Of a DNA stretch of 64,000 nucleotides, positions 10,512-22,057 are shown piece after piece. The notes below the pieces were generated by a model. It saw nothing but the letters and a program-made list of their open reading frames with translations, was not told where the DNA came from and made no database searches. Positions within the stretch are counted from its first letter, which is position 1; each line of letters starts with the position of its first letter. Origin of the DNA: Nitrospirota bacterium (GTDB taxonomy: Bacteria; Nitrospirota; Nitrospiria; Nitrospirales; Nitrospiraceae); NCBI GenBank assembly GCA_963701855.1, contig CAVPBK010000002.1:1-64000 (forward strand), read 5' to 3'. The position numbers and the translations under genes were made by a program.

Positions 10512-10874
10512 ATGATGTTTAAATTCATTGTTTTTTTCGGCGTTGCTGTGGCCCTCGCCGCTGTCCTGTGGTGGTACTATCCCACCTTTCGAGGCCTTTC
10601 GGATGCCAGCCCTCAAGAAACCAAATGTACAGCCGTGAGGGAGCGTGCCGACATCCAAGAAGGACTATCGATGTTGCATGATATCGACAACTCATTGGCG
10701 AAGGTGAACGCTGAATATGCCAGGGTTAAAAAATTAAATGCGGACACTCCGAAGGATCTAGGGGGTCTGGCAAGAGGGGTTGAGGAACGACAACGCGATC
10801 TTTCCAACAAGAAGACCCAGCTCCTCGGTGGCGTCCCATGCTTGGCCGATGTATATAATGCAGAACAGCACTGA
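10512..10874 (+). CDS. Hypothetical membrane-anchored coiled-coil protein
   Basis: N-terminal hydrophobic helix, two Cys, helical heptads. Confidence 0.6.
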   Translation: MMFKFIVFFGVAVALAAVLWWYYPTFRGLSDASPQETKCTAVRERADIQEGLSMLHDIDNSLAKVNAEYARVKKLNADTPKDLGGLARGVEERQRDLSNKKTQLLGGVPCLADVYNAEQH

Positions 10875-11385
10875 GCAGCACCCTTGGGAGACGGTGAGCC
10901 TGGTTATGCAAGCAGTAGCAGAGAATCGGCGGGCGTATGTCCGTGTGAACCACCACGCCGAAGGCAAAGCTCCTCTCACCGTCGAAGCCTTGGTGGATCA
11001 GCTACAAGCCTAGTTTTCGGTGCATCTGTTTGCACCTGCGATCAAATTGATGGAAATATCTGTGCGAGTGTCCAACCAATCAGACTACGTGGGTGAGGTT
11101 CTGGTCCGTGGCGGGGAGGGCCATCATGGCACTGAGTTACAACCATAATGACTCGCCTCGAACAATAGGATATGTGCCCGCCAGGTCAAGTCCTAGCTAT
11201 GAAGCTGCCTTGCTTGAGACCGTAATCATTTGTTTTTGGGACAGGCAAAAGGATACGTCAAAGTCATTGAAAAATCGACTTCTCGGGTCATGGGTTGGAG
11301 AGAGGTTTTTGAACCTGTGTCGGAACGACTAGGCAGGCGGAATAAGCCTGAACGTTATTTTGAAGGTTCTGTCTATAGTCCTAAA

Positions 11386-11461
11386 TGGTGAGCCGGCTGG
11401 GACTCGAACCCAGGACCCTCGCCTTAAAAGGGCGATGCTCTACCAACTGAGCTACCGGCTC
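11386..11461 (-). tRNA. tRNA-Lys (TTT)
   Basis: 76-nt cloverleaf GAGCCGGTAGCTCAGTTGGTAGAGC...TTT...GGTTCGAGTCCCAGCCGGCTCACCA. Confidence 0.97.
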
Positions 11462-11518
11462 ACCGAGCGGAGAGCGCGGATTCTACCACCGACGCTCGGC
11501 CTGTGCCTAGCCCGCACA

Positions 11519-11675
11519 GTTTGGATATGCCCGGTCTGTCTGGTCGCTCTGGTTCATCTGGTTTATTTAGTTCATCGAGTTGGTCTGGTTCAACCAAATA
11601 AACAAGACAAATCAAAAAACCAATTAAACGAGATAGGCCGGACAGACCGAACAGACCAAATGAACAAGAATGGCT
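11519..11675. repeat. 9-nt-period palindromic repeat (family also at ~21100-21195, 32140-32185, 42139-42250, 49170-49268, 57115-57195, 63121-63178)
   Basis: Left arm of gtt(c/t)atctg-like units followed by a complementary arm of cagat(a/g)aac-like units. Confidence 0.8.
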
Positions 11676-11708
11676 AGCGAATCGTAGAGCATCTTGCCAA
11701 AAAGAAAT

Positions 11709-13097
<1,389 letters not shown>

Positions 13098-13347
13098 CTA
13101 GTGATTGTCAAGAACCGTGATGGCCGGTTTATTCTTAGATCTTTTCTCTCCCTCTCATCTTCACGGACAGGCCCAACCGTCTTTTATTGCGCGCGTCAAA
13201 CGAGGGAAATCTTCGACCGCGCGTTCCGGGAGCACATGAGACAGTTGGGGTCTGCCCGTTCCCATTTTCTTGACTGCCACGGGAGGGCCGTGTTAGCATG
13301 ACCGCTGTTTCACAAGGATTTTCGCGTATTTCTGAATCAACCGACAT

Positions 13348-13423
13348 GGGGCTGTAGCGCAGTTGGGAGCGCGCGTGAATGGCATTCACGAGGTCGCCGG
13401 TTCAATCCCGGCCAGCTCCACCA
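13348..13423 (+). tRNA. tRNA-Ala (GGC)
   Basis: GGGGCTGTAGCGCAGTTGGGAGCGCGCGTGAATGGCATTCACGAGGTCGCCGGTTCAATCCCGGCCAGCTCCACCA. Confidence 0.97.
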
Positions 13424-13527
13424 ACTTCATCGTGCAGGTTATGCAAACCTCAACACCCACATCTAATCACCGAGTGACTATCGGCTCCTCCCGATAAGAA
13501 CGATCCGCCTGGTTCACGAAACTTCTC

Positions 13528-15372
13528 ATGCTCCAAATCGAGTCGGTCTATAAACAATATTCCACGCGGGTTCTGCTTGAAGGCACGACGGCGCATCTTC
13601 GCCCAGGCTCACGGGTCGGCCTGGTAGGGCCCAACGGCGCCGGCAAGACCACACTCTTCCGGATGATCCTCGGTGAGGAATCGCCGGACAAGGGATCCAT
13701 CCGCAAGCGTCCTCGTCTTCGCATCGGCTACCTCCCGCAGGAACTCGAAACAATCACAGGCAAGACCGTGTTGGACGCCACCCATCGCGATCTGTACCCC
13801 GAACATGAAGCTGAGCGTATTCTCATGGGGTTGGGTTTCTCTGAGATCGACTTCAGCCGTCAGATCGAAAAGCTGTCCGGAGGCTATCGGATGCGTGTCG
13901 CCTTGGCACATCTGCTGCTGACCAATCCTGATGTGCTCCTGCTCGACGAGCCGACCAACCATTTAGACAAACCGACGCAACGCTGGTTCGAGCAATTCCT
14001 GTTGAACTCGGAGATGACCTTGTTGATCATCAGCCACGACACGGCGTTTCTCGATCGTGTTGTCACCCATATCTGGGATCTCCGGCATCATAAGATCGAA
14101 GAATATCGTGGCAACTATACCTCGTTCAAAAAGATCCGCGCAGAGCGGGATGCTCAGCGTGAGGCCGCCGCGGGGCGCCAGGCGAAAGAGGTTGCGCGGG
14201 TTCAAACCTTCGTAGATCGGTTCCGCTACCAGGCGAACAAAGCCAGCCAGGTCCAATCGCGCATCAAACAGCTTGAGAAGGTCAAGATGATTGAGATTAA
14301 GCGCGATCCCAAGCGGGTGAAGTTCAAGTTCCCCCTCCCTGCAGCGAGCGGCCGGCAGGTTCTTGAAATCCAGGGCGGGGCAAAACGCTATGGGGAAAAA
14401 GTGGTGTACGAGCGAGTCGATTGCTCGATCGAACGGGGCCAGCGAGTAGCGTTAGTAGGGGAAAACGGCGCAGGGAAAAGTACGCTGCTCAAGATGCTGG
14501 CCGGAATGTTGGAGCCAGACAAAGGCACCAGAACGGTCGGCCATGGTGTCACCCTGCACTACTTCGCCCAACACCAGGCAGAGACACTGAACCCCGAACA
14601 TACCATTCTCGAATCCCTCTCCGAGGTGTCCAGCCAAGCGGAAACAAACTTCCTTCGTGGCATTGCCGGCGCCTTCCTCTTCACTGGCGACGATCAAAAG
14701 AAACCGATCAAGGCGCTCAGCGGAGGGGAACGCAATCGCGTTGCGCTCGCACGGATGCTGGTCGAACCGGCCAACACCCTGTTGCTCGACGAGCCGACCA
14801 ACCATCTCGACCCGGCTTCGGTCGATATGCTCACCGATGCGCTCTCGGACTTCCCCGGCACGATCATCTTTATTTCCCACGACCCCACCTTTCTTACCAG
14901 AGTCTGCACGCGCGTCGTTGAAATCGAAGAAGGTAATGCCCGAAGCTTCTCCGGCGATTATGAGTATTATTTGTGGAAGAAAGCGCAGGAGGTTGAATCT
15001 ATCAAGGAAACGAGCGACGACTTGAAAGGAATGGATCGCGGGAAAGATGCCGGGCCTACCAGGGCTATGGCTTCGCAAGCCCCGTCCAAACCCTCAGCCG
15101 GAGATCGCCGCGATTTGAACAAGACCCAGGCCCGACTGGAGAAACAGGTCGCGCGGGTCGAGGCCGAGATCGCTGACTGTGAGACCAAGATCAAAGCTCG
15201 GGATCTCGAACTGGCAGACCCCGCACTCTACAAGGATGAATCCACCAAGTGGAGCGTTCTCCAAACGGAATACGACGGGTGGAAGAAGGATCTTGTGCGG
15301 CTCACTGCCAGATGGGAAACGCTCTCAGCCGAACTGGAAGAGGTGAAACAGAAACTTACGGCATTTGCGTAG
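13528..15372 (+). CDS. ABC-F family ATPase (YheS-like)
   Basis: Two ABC domains (GPNGAGKT/LSGG/LLLDEPTNHLD, twice), interdomain linker, C-terminal coiled coil, no TM segments. Confidence 0.95.
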   Translation: MLQIESVYKQYSTRVLLEGTTAHLRPGSRVGLVGPNGAGKTTLFRMILGEESPDKGSIRKRPRLRIGYLPQELETITGKTVLDATHRDLYPEHEAERILMGLGFSEIDFSRQIEKLSGGYRMRVALAHLLLTNPDVLLLDEPTNHLDKPTQRWFEQFLLNSEMTLLIISHDTAFLDRVVTHIWDLRHHKIEEYRGNYTSFKKIRAERDAQREAAAGRQAKEVARVQTFVDRFRYQANKASQVQSRIKQLEKVKMIEIKRDPKRVKFKFPLPAASGRQVLEIQGGAKRYGEKVVYERVDCSIERGQRVALVGENGAGKSTLLKMLAGMLEPDKGTRTVGHGVTLHYFAQHQAETLNPEHTILESLSEVSSQAETNFLRGIAGAFLFTGDDQKKPIKALSGGERNRVALARMLVEPANTLLLDEPTNHLDPASVDMLTDALSDFPGTIIFISHDPTFLTRVCTRVVEIEEGNARSFSGDYEYYLWKKAQEVESIKETSDDLKGMDRGKDAGPTRAMASQAPSKPSAGDRRDLNKTQARLEKQVARVEAEIADCETKIKARDLELADPALYKDESTKWSVLQTEYDGWKKDLVRLTARWETLSAELEEVKQKLTAFA

Positions 15373-15418
15373 CAGATTGCGGAAAAACTTATTGTGGTAC
15401 GACAGGAGAACACTCCAA

Positions 15419-15543
15419 CGGACAGCTCAAAACGATCATCCAACAAGGCCGCAGGAGAGAAATAACCGGTGGCGTACCCTCTCGGGTACATTGAGGATTA
15501 TTTCGATTCGAGAACGAAGTTGGGGATCGTTTTCAGCCGTCCG
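15419..15543. mobile_element. ~125-bp MITE-like element (family B)
   Basis: TIR cggacagctcaaaacgatc/gatcgttttcagccgtccg; internal ggccgcag..ggcgtac..gtac.ttgagga..cgagaac shared with 17517-17638. Confidence 0.7.
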
Positions 15544-15933
15544 CTAGATGGAGGACTTGACCGTTTCTTCAAGATAGTAATACAGCCAGCGGTTCTTCTC
15601 TTTCGTCACCAGCTCGTCCCAGACCACGCCGATCAGAAACCCCTTCTCCCATGATTTCACCCAGGCGACTTTCCCGTCGAGCTTTTCCATCTGTTCCGCG
15701 CGATCCGAATCGAGAAACGCCAACGACACGGTCACCGGCAGGGCCATCGCCAACTTCTCTTTCGTGTGCAACCCTGCGCCGACTCTATTGACATTGTCCA
15801 ACACCGCCGTAATCGCCTTGGCTCCGCTCTTTGGTGAAATCAGCGCGGAACCGACCAAGGTCGCCCGAACAAACTTGCGCCGTTCGTTCGTGGCAGCTAT
15901 CGACTCAGTTGACTTCGAACTCTGCCGTTTCAT
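15544..15933 (-). CDS. PilZ domain protein
   Basis: ERRKFVR (RxxxR) and NVNRVG (degenerate D/NxSxxG), GKVAWV. Confidence 0.8.
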   Translation of the reverse strand: MKRQSSKSTESIAATNERRKFVRATLVGSALISPKSGAKAITAVLDNVNRVGAGLHTKEKLAMALPVTVSLAFLDSDRAEQMEKLDGKVAWVKSWEKGFLIGVVWDELVTKEKNRWLYYYLEETVKSSI

Positions 15934-15989
15934 AAGCCTAAGTATAACCGATTAGAAATCTTTGTCCACCACTCTGTGGGACCCCCCGA

Positions 15990-17282
15990 TTAGGTGTCTT
16001 TAGGCCGGTAGTAGCGACGCCCCTTGAGCGACTCCGGAAGGTGCTCCTGCTGCGCCTTGGCCTGGGGATCGTCGTGGACATAGCGATACCCCTTCCCATA
16101 TCCAAGCCCCTTCATCATTGAAGTCACGGCATTCCGTAAATGGAGTGGAACACCGAGATTCCCATGGGCTCTTGTGTCTTCCATTGCCTCAAGAAGTCCA
16201 ACATAAGAAGCATTATCTTTCTGCCTGGTCGCAAGATAGGTCGTCCCTTGGGCCAAATTGATCTGCGCCTCGGGAAGTCCTACAAACTGCACGGCCTGAG
16301 CGACTGCAGCTGCGACCACCAACCCCATCGGATCGGCATTCCCCACATCCTCGGAGGCAAAAATAACCAGGCGCCGGGCGATAAACTTCGGATCCTCCCC
16401 CCCTTCCAACATCCGGGCAAGCCAGTAGAGAGCGCCATCTGGATCGGAGTCTCGCAGACTCTTAATATAAGCAGAAATGACATTGTAATGTTCTTCGCCG
16501 GACTTGTCATAGCGGATCGATTTCTTCATCAGCGCGGTTTCCAGCGCCGTTCCATCGATCAGGCGCACCCCGTCAGGCCCAGCCGGTTGCTGTGTGACCA
16601 CAAAATCCAGTGCCGTCAGGAGCGCCCTCGCATCGCCGTTTCCATAGGCAATCAGTCGTTGCCTGGCATCTGGTAACAGGCTGGCATTCAACTTCCCCAA
16701 CCCGATCGCAGGATCAACGAGCGCCCGATCAAGAATATGCCCCAAAGCCTTGTCCGAAAGAGGCTTGAGCACAATGACCAAGGAGCGAGACAAGAGCGGT
16801 GAAATCACTTCAAATGAGGGATTTTCCGTCGTCGCCCCAACCAAGATGACCGTCCCCCGCTCGACATGAGGCAAAAAGGCATCCTGCTGCGCCTTGTTGA
16901 ACCGATGGATCTCATCGACAAAGAGAATGGTCCGTTGACCGTTGATCAACTGGCGTTGCTCGGCTGTCTTGACGAGGGCACGCAGTTCTGAGACACCCCC
17001 TGTAACCGCCGAGAAGGGCACGAACTGCGCCTTGGTGTGGCGCGCAATGAGATGCGCCAATGTGGTCTTGCCCGATCCGGGCGGCCCCCAGAAGATGACG
17101 GAGGAGAGCTGGTCTGCCTCAATGGCCCGCCGCAAGGGCCGATCCGGCGCTGTGATTTCATCTTGCCCGACAAAGTCCGCAAACTCTCGCGGACGCAGAC
17201 GCTCAGCCAACGGAGCCTCAACGGATGTCTCTCCCTCGGGAGTACCAAATAAATCGGGAGCCTGATCGCGTGAAGTAGTCAT
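15990..17282 (-). CDS. rarA: Replication-associated recombination protein A (MgsA/RarA)
   Basis: PLAERLRP, GPPGSGKT, DEIHRFNKAQQD, SEDVGNADP. Confidence 0.96.
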   Translation of the reverse strand: MTTSRDQAPDLFGTPEGETSVEAPLAERLRPREFADFVGQDEITAPDRPLRRAIEADQLSSVIFWGPPGSGKTTLAHLIARHTKAQFVPFSAVTGGVSELRALVKTAEQRQLINGQRTILFVDEIHRFNKAQQDAFLPHVERGTVILVGATTENPSFEVISPLLSRSLVIVLKPLSDKALGHILDRALVDPAIGLGKLNASLLPDARQRLIAYGNGDARALLTALDFVVTQQPAGPDGVRLIDGTALETALMKKSIRYDKSGEEHYNVISAYIKSLRDSDPDGALYWLARMLEGGEDPKFIARRLVIFASEDVGNADPMGLVVAAAVAQAVQFVGLPEAQINLAQGTTYLATRQKDNASYVGLLEAMEDTRAHGNLGVPLHLRNAVTSMMKGLGYGKGYRYVHDDPQAKAQQEHLPESLKGRRYYRPKDT

Positions 17283-17516
17283 CCCAATCCTCAACAACGG
17301 CGTGAATTGTATACGCCGGTCGGCACGATCGCAAACGGACCCTTGTCCTGAGAAGCCTATCCGCCATTGACCGTTCTGCTACGGCAAACGCAGGTAATGG
17401 GGTCATTGCTTGGAGAATGGCGAAAAAGCCCTTCCGGCAAAGTCGTAGCGAGCGAATATCCGAGGCTAAGTTTTCCGGATAATTGAGGACTAGAATGGCA
17501 GAGCTGCAGAAGTAGT

Positions 17517-17638
17517 AGGGTGTTCAAAACGGTTGTCCAGCGCGGCCGCAGCGAGTGAAGGTCCGAGGCGTACTCTCTGGAGTACGTTGAGGATCTGAAC
17601 GACGCGAGAACAAAGCTGGAAACCGTTTTCAACACCCT
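17517..17638. mobile_element. ~122-bp MITE-like element (family B)
   Basis: TIR agggtgttcaaaacggtt/aaccgttttcaacaccct; internal homology to 15419-15543. Confidence 0.7.
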
Positions 17639-17640
17639 GC

Positions 17641-18288
17641 CTAGTCGGAGTCGCCTACGCTGCCTCGTCGTATGAGCTTCAAAAACTCCAGCCTGGTTTG
17701 CGGCTGACTGCGGAAGGCACCTAACATAGAGCTGCTGACCGCAACGGTATTCTGCTTTTCGACGCCCCGCATCATCATGCAAAGATGTCGCGCTTCGACG
17801 ACCACGCCCACTCCACGCGCGTTGAGCTTGGATTTCAGGGTTTCGGCGATCTGGACGGTCAGCCGTTCCTGGACTTGAAGCCGTCGCGCATAGGTATCCA
17901 CAATGCGCGGAATCTTGCTGAGCCCCACCACTTTCTTATTGGGCAAGTACCCGACATGAACTCTACCGTAGAACGGCAGCAGGTGATGTTCGCACATACT
18001 GAAAAAATCGATGTCCTTCACGATGACCATCTCGTCGTATTCGATCGGGAAGAGGGCGCCGTTCAAAAGCTGATCGATGTTACGGTGATAGCCCTGAGTC
18101 ATAAAGGCAAGGGCCTTGGCCACTCGCTCGGGAGTCTTGAGGAGCCCGTTCCGGCCTGGTTTTTCACCAAGGGCCAGCAGCATCTCTGTGACCAGGGATT
18201 GCAGGACGTTCACATCCGCAGCTCTCCTGCCCCTACTGACGTCTTCAACCTCCTGCCTGCCCCGCCGTTTGACTCCTTGCTTAGCCAT
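17641..18288 (-). CDS. folE: GTP cyclohydrolase I
   Basis: [42 protein letters not shown]. Confidence 0.97.
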   Translation of the reverse strand: MAKQGVKRRGRQEVEDVSRGRRAADVNVLQSLVTEMLLALGEKPGRNGLLKTPERVAKALAFMTQGYHRNIDQLLNGALFPIEYDEMVIVKDIDFFSMCEHHLLPFYGRVHVGYLPNKKVVGLSKIPRIVDTYARRLQVQERLTVQIAETLKSKLNARGVGVVVEARHLCMMMRGVEKQNTVAVSSSMLGAFRSQPQTRLEFLKLIRRGSVGDSD

Positions 18289-18730
18289 GCCGCCCCCCTG
18301 TAAGCGCCGGAACCTGACTCATCGACCCCGCATACTCGAAGTAGTTATCGCGCGTTTCAATTAGTCCGACCTTTTCCAATTGTCCGGCAGGGAGGCACTT
18401 CACTAACAAATCCCAGATTAGCAGCACCAGATTTTCTCCTGTCGTGGTGCGATCGGCAAACTCAGGGTCTAGATTGAGATCGTGATGATCGAATCGCGTG
18501 ATTACTTGTTGTCCCACGGTCCGGTCAAGCCAACCAAGGTCCACGCTTCCACCGGTCTCTGCCGACACCGTGCTCTTTACGGTCACCAACACCACATAGT
18601 TATGGCCGTGTCCATTGGGATTATTGCACTTCCCAAATACAGCCAGGTTTTCATCGGGTGACAGATGATCCGTGTGCAGTCGATGTGCTGCACAGAACCG
18701 ATACCGTCTTGTGACGCTCACCTGTACCAT
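18281..18730 (-). CDS. queD: 6-carboxytetrahydropterin synthase / PTPS family
   Basis: [24 protein letters not shown]. Confidence 0.88.
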   Translation of the reverse strand: MVQVSVTRRYRFCAAHRLHTDHLSPDENLAVFGKCNNPNGHGHNYVVLVTVKSTVSAETGGSVDLGWLDRTVGQQVITRFDHHDLNLDPEFADRTTTGENLVLLIWDLLVKCLPAGQLEKVGLIETRDNYFEYAGSMSQVPALTGGRHG

Positions 18731-18852
18731 CGTGAATTCAGCTTATATTCCGAGAAAAACAGAGAAGCCAGGACCGGCCGCTGTACTCGGACAATCCTGG
18801 CTCTCTCTGCATTCGTTCGACTGATCAACTTGCGCCACGCAGCGCCAATGTC

Positions 18853-19173
18853 TTAGGCGCTGAAGGAGCTGCCGCAACCACAGGTGGTCTTCGCTTGCGG
18901 GTTCTTGATCGAGAACCCAGACCCTTGGAGGCTGTCCACGTAATCGACTTCGGCTCCCTGCAAGAGAGGAGCGCTCTGCGAATCCATAATGACCTTGACG
19001 ATACCCTTTTCGACCACGGTGTCGTCATCGCCCATCTTCGACTCGAAGGCCATCCCGTATTGATACCCGTGGCATCCGCCGCCCTTGACATAGACCCGCA
19101 GGCCAACGATGTCCTTCTCTTCCACCATCAATTCCTTGATCTTCTGTTCTGCAATCGCTGTAATCGTCAACAT
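18853..19173 (-). CDS. erpA: A-type Fe-S carrier (ErpA/IscA)
   Basis: GGGCHG and TTCGCGSSF motifs. Confidence 0.93.
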   Translation of the reverse strand: MLTITAIAEQKIKELMVEEKDIVGLRVYVKGGGCHGYQYGMAFESKMGDDDTVVEKGIVKVIMDSQSAPLLQGAEVDYVDSLQGSGFSIKNPQAKTTCGCGSSFSA

Positions 19174-19245
19174 TGTGTTCCTCCTCGTGTGACCGGGCCG
19201 TCCTTCGAAGACTTGCCTGGAATGATTTAGTGTAACATCTCTTTG

Positions 19246-19590
19246 CTAGATTTCAATACCCTGCGACTCTGACTGCGGCATTGTGGATGCAACCCACTTG
19301 CCCTCCGGGACCCGAACAACCACGTCTCCAAGCACTTTGGCCTGGCATCCAAGACGATGCCACGGTTCACTGAGGGCTTCCCGATCGAGGAGATCTTGCT
19401 CATCGAAGTCGATCTCCGACAGGTTCTCGGCGCCCATCTGCACTTCGATCCGACAGGTGGTGCAGGAGGCGTTCCCACCACAATCGTGGTTCAACCTGCA
19501 CCCGAGCAGCTTCGACGCTTCCAACAGCGACGTATTGACCTCAACCTCGCCACTCCTGCTCTCAGGAAGAAGAAACGTCACACGCGGCAT
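19246..19590 (-). CDS. [2Fe-2S] ferredoxin (adrenodoxin/ISC type)
   Basis: CGGNASCTTC...RLGCQ. Confidence 0.93.
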   Translation of the reverse strand: MPRVTFLLPESRSGEVEVNTSLLEASKLLGCRLNHDCGGNASCTTCRIEVQMGAENLSEIDFDEQDLLDREALSEPWHRLGCQAKVLGDVVVRVPEGKWVASTMPQSESQGIEI

Positions 19591-19603
19591 TGCAAATCTC
19601 TCC

Positions 19604-20905
19604 TCAATGCACCATGGCGCCGACTACCATCGGCTGATAGGGACAGCGCTGCAATCGGACATGTTCTTCAAACTCGTGACGGAACAATTTCATACTGCTC
19701 TGAACCAACACAGCAGCCCCGGTCACCAGCGTGCAATAGCCCGTCCCCTTCACAAATCCACAGAGCTGGAGGAGACTCTCCATATCTTTCTCCGTCCCCT
19801 CTCCCTGTTCGACCTTGGTCATCAGCGCGGCAAGATTGATGGTCCCCATTCGACAAGGTGGGCACTGCCCGCAACTCTCGGCTTTGAAGAAATTGGAAAA
19901 CTTGAGTGTCAGCGCCACCATGCACGTCGCATCGTCGACCACGATCACGCCGGCCGACCCAAGCCCCGTGCCGGCTTTCTTCAACGAATCGAAATCCATC
20001 ATCAGGTCGAGCTGATCGGCAGTGACCATCGAAAATGCCGGTCCACCAGGAAATACCGCCTTGATCTTGCGCCCACCTGGTACTCCCCCTCCGCACTTGT
20101 CCACAAGATCCCGGATTGTCGTACCCATCGGCATCTCGTACACGCCGGGCCGATTCACGGCGCCGCTCAGGGAGAACATCATCGTGCCCGGACACTTTTC
20201 TGTACCGACCTGCGTGAACCAGGTTCCGCCTTTCAAAAGGATCCGAGGAATGTTACACAACGTTTCGACATTGTTGACCAACGTCGGCTTTCCGTAGAGG
20301 CCGAAGTCCGTCGGATAGAAAGGCGGCTTCTGTCTCGGCATCGCAGGACGCCCTTGCATGGATTCGAGCATCGCAGTTTCTTCACCTGCCACGTAACTCC
20401 CGTGGCCTTCAAAGATTTGCAGATCGAGATCCACGCCACTCCCCAGAATATTGTTGCCCAAGAAGCCTTGAGCCTTCGCCTGTGCCAATGCCTTTTTTAG
20501 ATTCTCGCGTTCTTCGTGATACTCATGATTCACATAGATAAACGCCGCCTTCGCTTGCACCGTGTAGGCTCCAATGAGGCAACCTTCGATGAGCTGGTGG
20601 GGCGCATGCTTGAGCAAATACCGGTCCTTAAATGTCCCTGGCTCATGTTCCCCGGCGTTACAGACAAAATAGTGTTCCTTCACCCGATGATTGAGAACCT
20701 TCTCCCACTTAATGCCGGTAGGAAAGCCCGCGCCTCCTCGCCCGCGAAGCCCGGCTTTCTTCAATTCATTGACAATATCGTTCGCGCTCAGCTCTTTGAT
20801 GCACTTCTTCCAGGCCTCGTAGCCTCCGATTTTCCGATAGGCCTGGATATCCCAGGGAGCCCCATCGAGCGTTTGGAGAACTCGTGGTTCAGTCGCAGCT
20901 GTCAT
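19604..20905 (-). CDS. nuoF: NuoF-like FMN/[4Fe-4S] NAD(P)H oxidoreductase subunit, outside a nuo operon
   Basis: GLRGRGGAGFPTG, EPGTFKDR, GEETA, ESCGQCPPCRMG...C. Confidence 0.9.
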   Translation of the reverse strand: MTAATEPRVLQTLDGAPWDIQAYRKIGGYEAWKKCIKELSANDIVNELKKAGLRGRGGAGFPTGIKWEKVLNHRVKEHYFVCNAGEHEPGTFKDRYLLKHAPHQLIEGCLIGAYTVQAKAAFIYVNHEYHEERENLKKALAQAKAQGFLGNNILGSGVDLDLQIFEGHGSYVAGEETAMLESMQGRPAMPRQKPPFYPTDFGLYGKPTLVNNVETLCNIPRILLKGGTWFTQVGTEKCPGTMMFSLSGAVNRPGVYEMPMGTTIRDLVDKCGGGVPGGRKIKAVFPGGPAFSMVTADQLDLMMDFDSLKKAGTGLGSAGVIVVDDATCMVALTLKFSNFFKAESCGQCPPCRMGTINLAALMTKVEQGEGTEKDMESLLQLCGFVKGTGYCTLVTGAAVLVQSSMKLFRHEFEEHVRLQRCPYQPMVVGAMVH

Positions 20906-21267
20906 GCACCCTTCCTGACTCGTTTGGCTCAATAAAATGAATAGAGTGATACTATAAGGTGCCGGGTCGGTATACGTCAAGGCAATGCCGCGATAATAGG
21001 CCTGAATCTCAACGACTTAGGGCCACTGCCCTATAGGGGACTGGGCATATTGGCCATCGAACAGGATGCTGAAAAAGTCTATCGGCATAAAAAGACCGGC
21101 TTTTGTTTATTTTGGTTGTCTCGTTTGTTTGGTGATTTGGTTCATCTGGTTAGTTTCGATCAACCCGAAAAACCAGATAGAGCAGATAAACCAGGCTCTT
21201 CTCAGATGTGAGGGCTAAGCCTGTTGGGAAAATTCAGGAGGATAACAGCACCAGTGGGCGATGGGCT

Positions 21268-21297
21268 GACTACCGGCGGGCTTTCCCGCTGGTAGTC
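21268..21297 (-). terminator. Hairpin downstream of the PuuD-like gene
   Basis: gactaccggcggg-cttt-cccgctggtagtc inverted repeat. Confidence 0.5.
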
Positions 21298-21310
21298 GTA
21301 CATCATGATC

Positions 21311-21898
21311 CTACCTGAGGTGGCTGCCAGCTCCCATGAATAGCAACATGGGAATCGACAACATAAAGTTGACGCGAGAAGCGAGGAGCGCGGTCCGACC
21401 CCACTGAGCCATTTCCGGCGGCGCAGGAGTCCCCTGGGCTGCCGCCGTCACCGCCGCAATAATCCTCCGTTGGTTCGGCCAAATAACTGCGTGGACGTTA
21501 GCCATCATGATGATGCCCAATAACCCGCCGATTCCCAACGCAATCGCGCCGGTTCCACCTCTTTGATACATGTAGAGGTACAACACAATCCCGGCAAGCA
21601 CCGTGACCGTCGCGCCATGACGGAACCAATTCAGCGCGGCGGGCATCAACTTGGGAATCACGATATTCTTGGTGGGTCCATCCAGGCTCTTCAAGAACGC
21701 CGCGTTGATCAGGTTGAAAAAGTACAACAATCCGATCCAGACGATTCCAGCCAAGAAATGGGTCCAGCGTAACAGCAAACCAAACCAATCGGCATCGCCG
21801 ACCGCCACGCCGGTCATAGCGAGATACCCCATGATCAACACCACCGTAAGCGCAAATCCTACGCCCATCGTCTGCATCGGACTCTCAAGAAATTTCAT
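21311..21898 (-). CDS. PuuD/urate-oxidase N-terminal family membrane protein
   Basis: RWTHFLAGIVWIGLLYFFN, NVHAVIWPNQRR, SRVNFMLSIPML; several TM helices. Confidence 0.75.
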   Translation of the reverse strand: MKFLESPMQTMGVGFALTVVLIMGYLAMTGVAVGDADWFGLLLRWTHFLAGIVWIGLLYFFNLINAAFLKSLDGPTKNIVIPKLMPAALNWFRHGATVTVLAGIVLYLYMYQRGGTGAIALGIGGLLGIIMMANVHAVIWPNQRRIIAAVTAAAQGTPAPPEMAQWGRTALLASRVNFMLSIPMLLFMGAGSHLR

Positions 21899-22057
21899 CG
21901 CATCTCCTCGTTCAATGTATTACTACGTCGCTCTCTGTACTGTAGCCCTGCGCAGAATGTCAAGCAACCAAGGGCCGCCGCTCGTCAATGGTCATCCGTC
22001 AACAGAGATACACTTTCCCCATTCAGGTCGATTAACGTATGACGCTTGACGGTTTGC

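Noticed and set aside
11360..11677. ORFs over repeats or tRNA (also 49104-49355, 29421-29853, 48156-48630)
   Set aside because: They translate tRNA-Lys or repeat elements into low-complexity peptides.
17361..17510. c-di-GMP-I riboswitch-like GGCAAA motifs
   Set aside because: The GNRA-capped P2 stem and downstream consensus could not be built.
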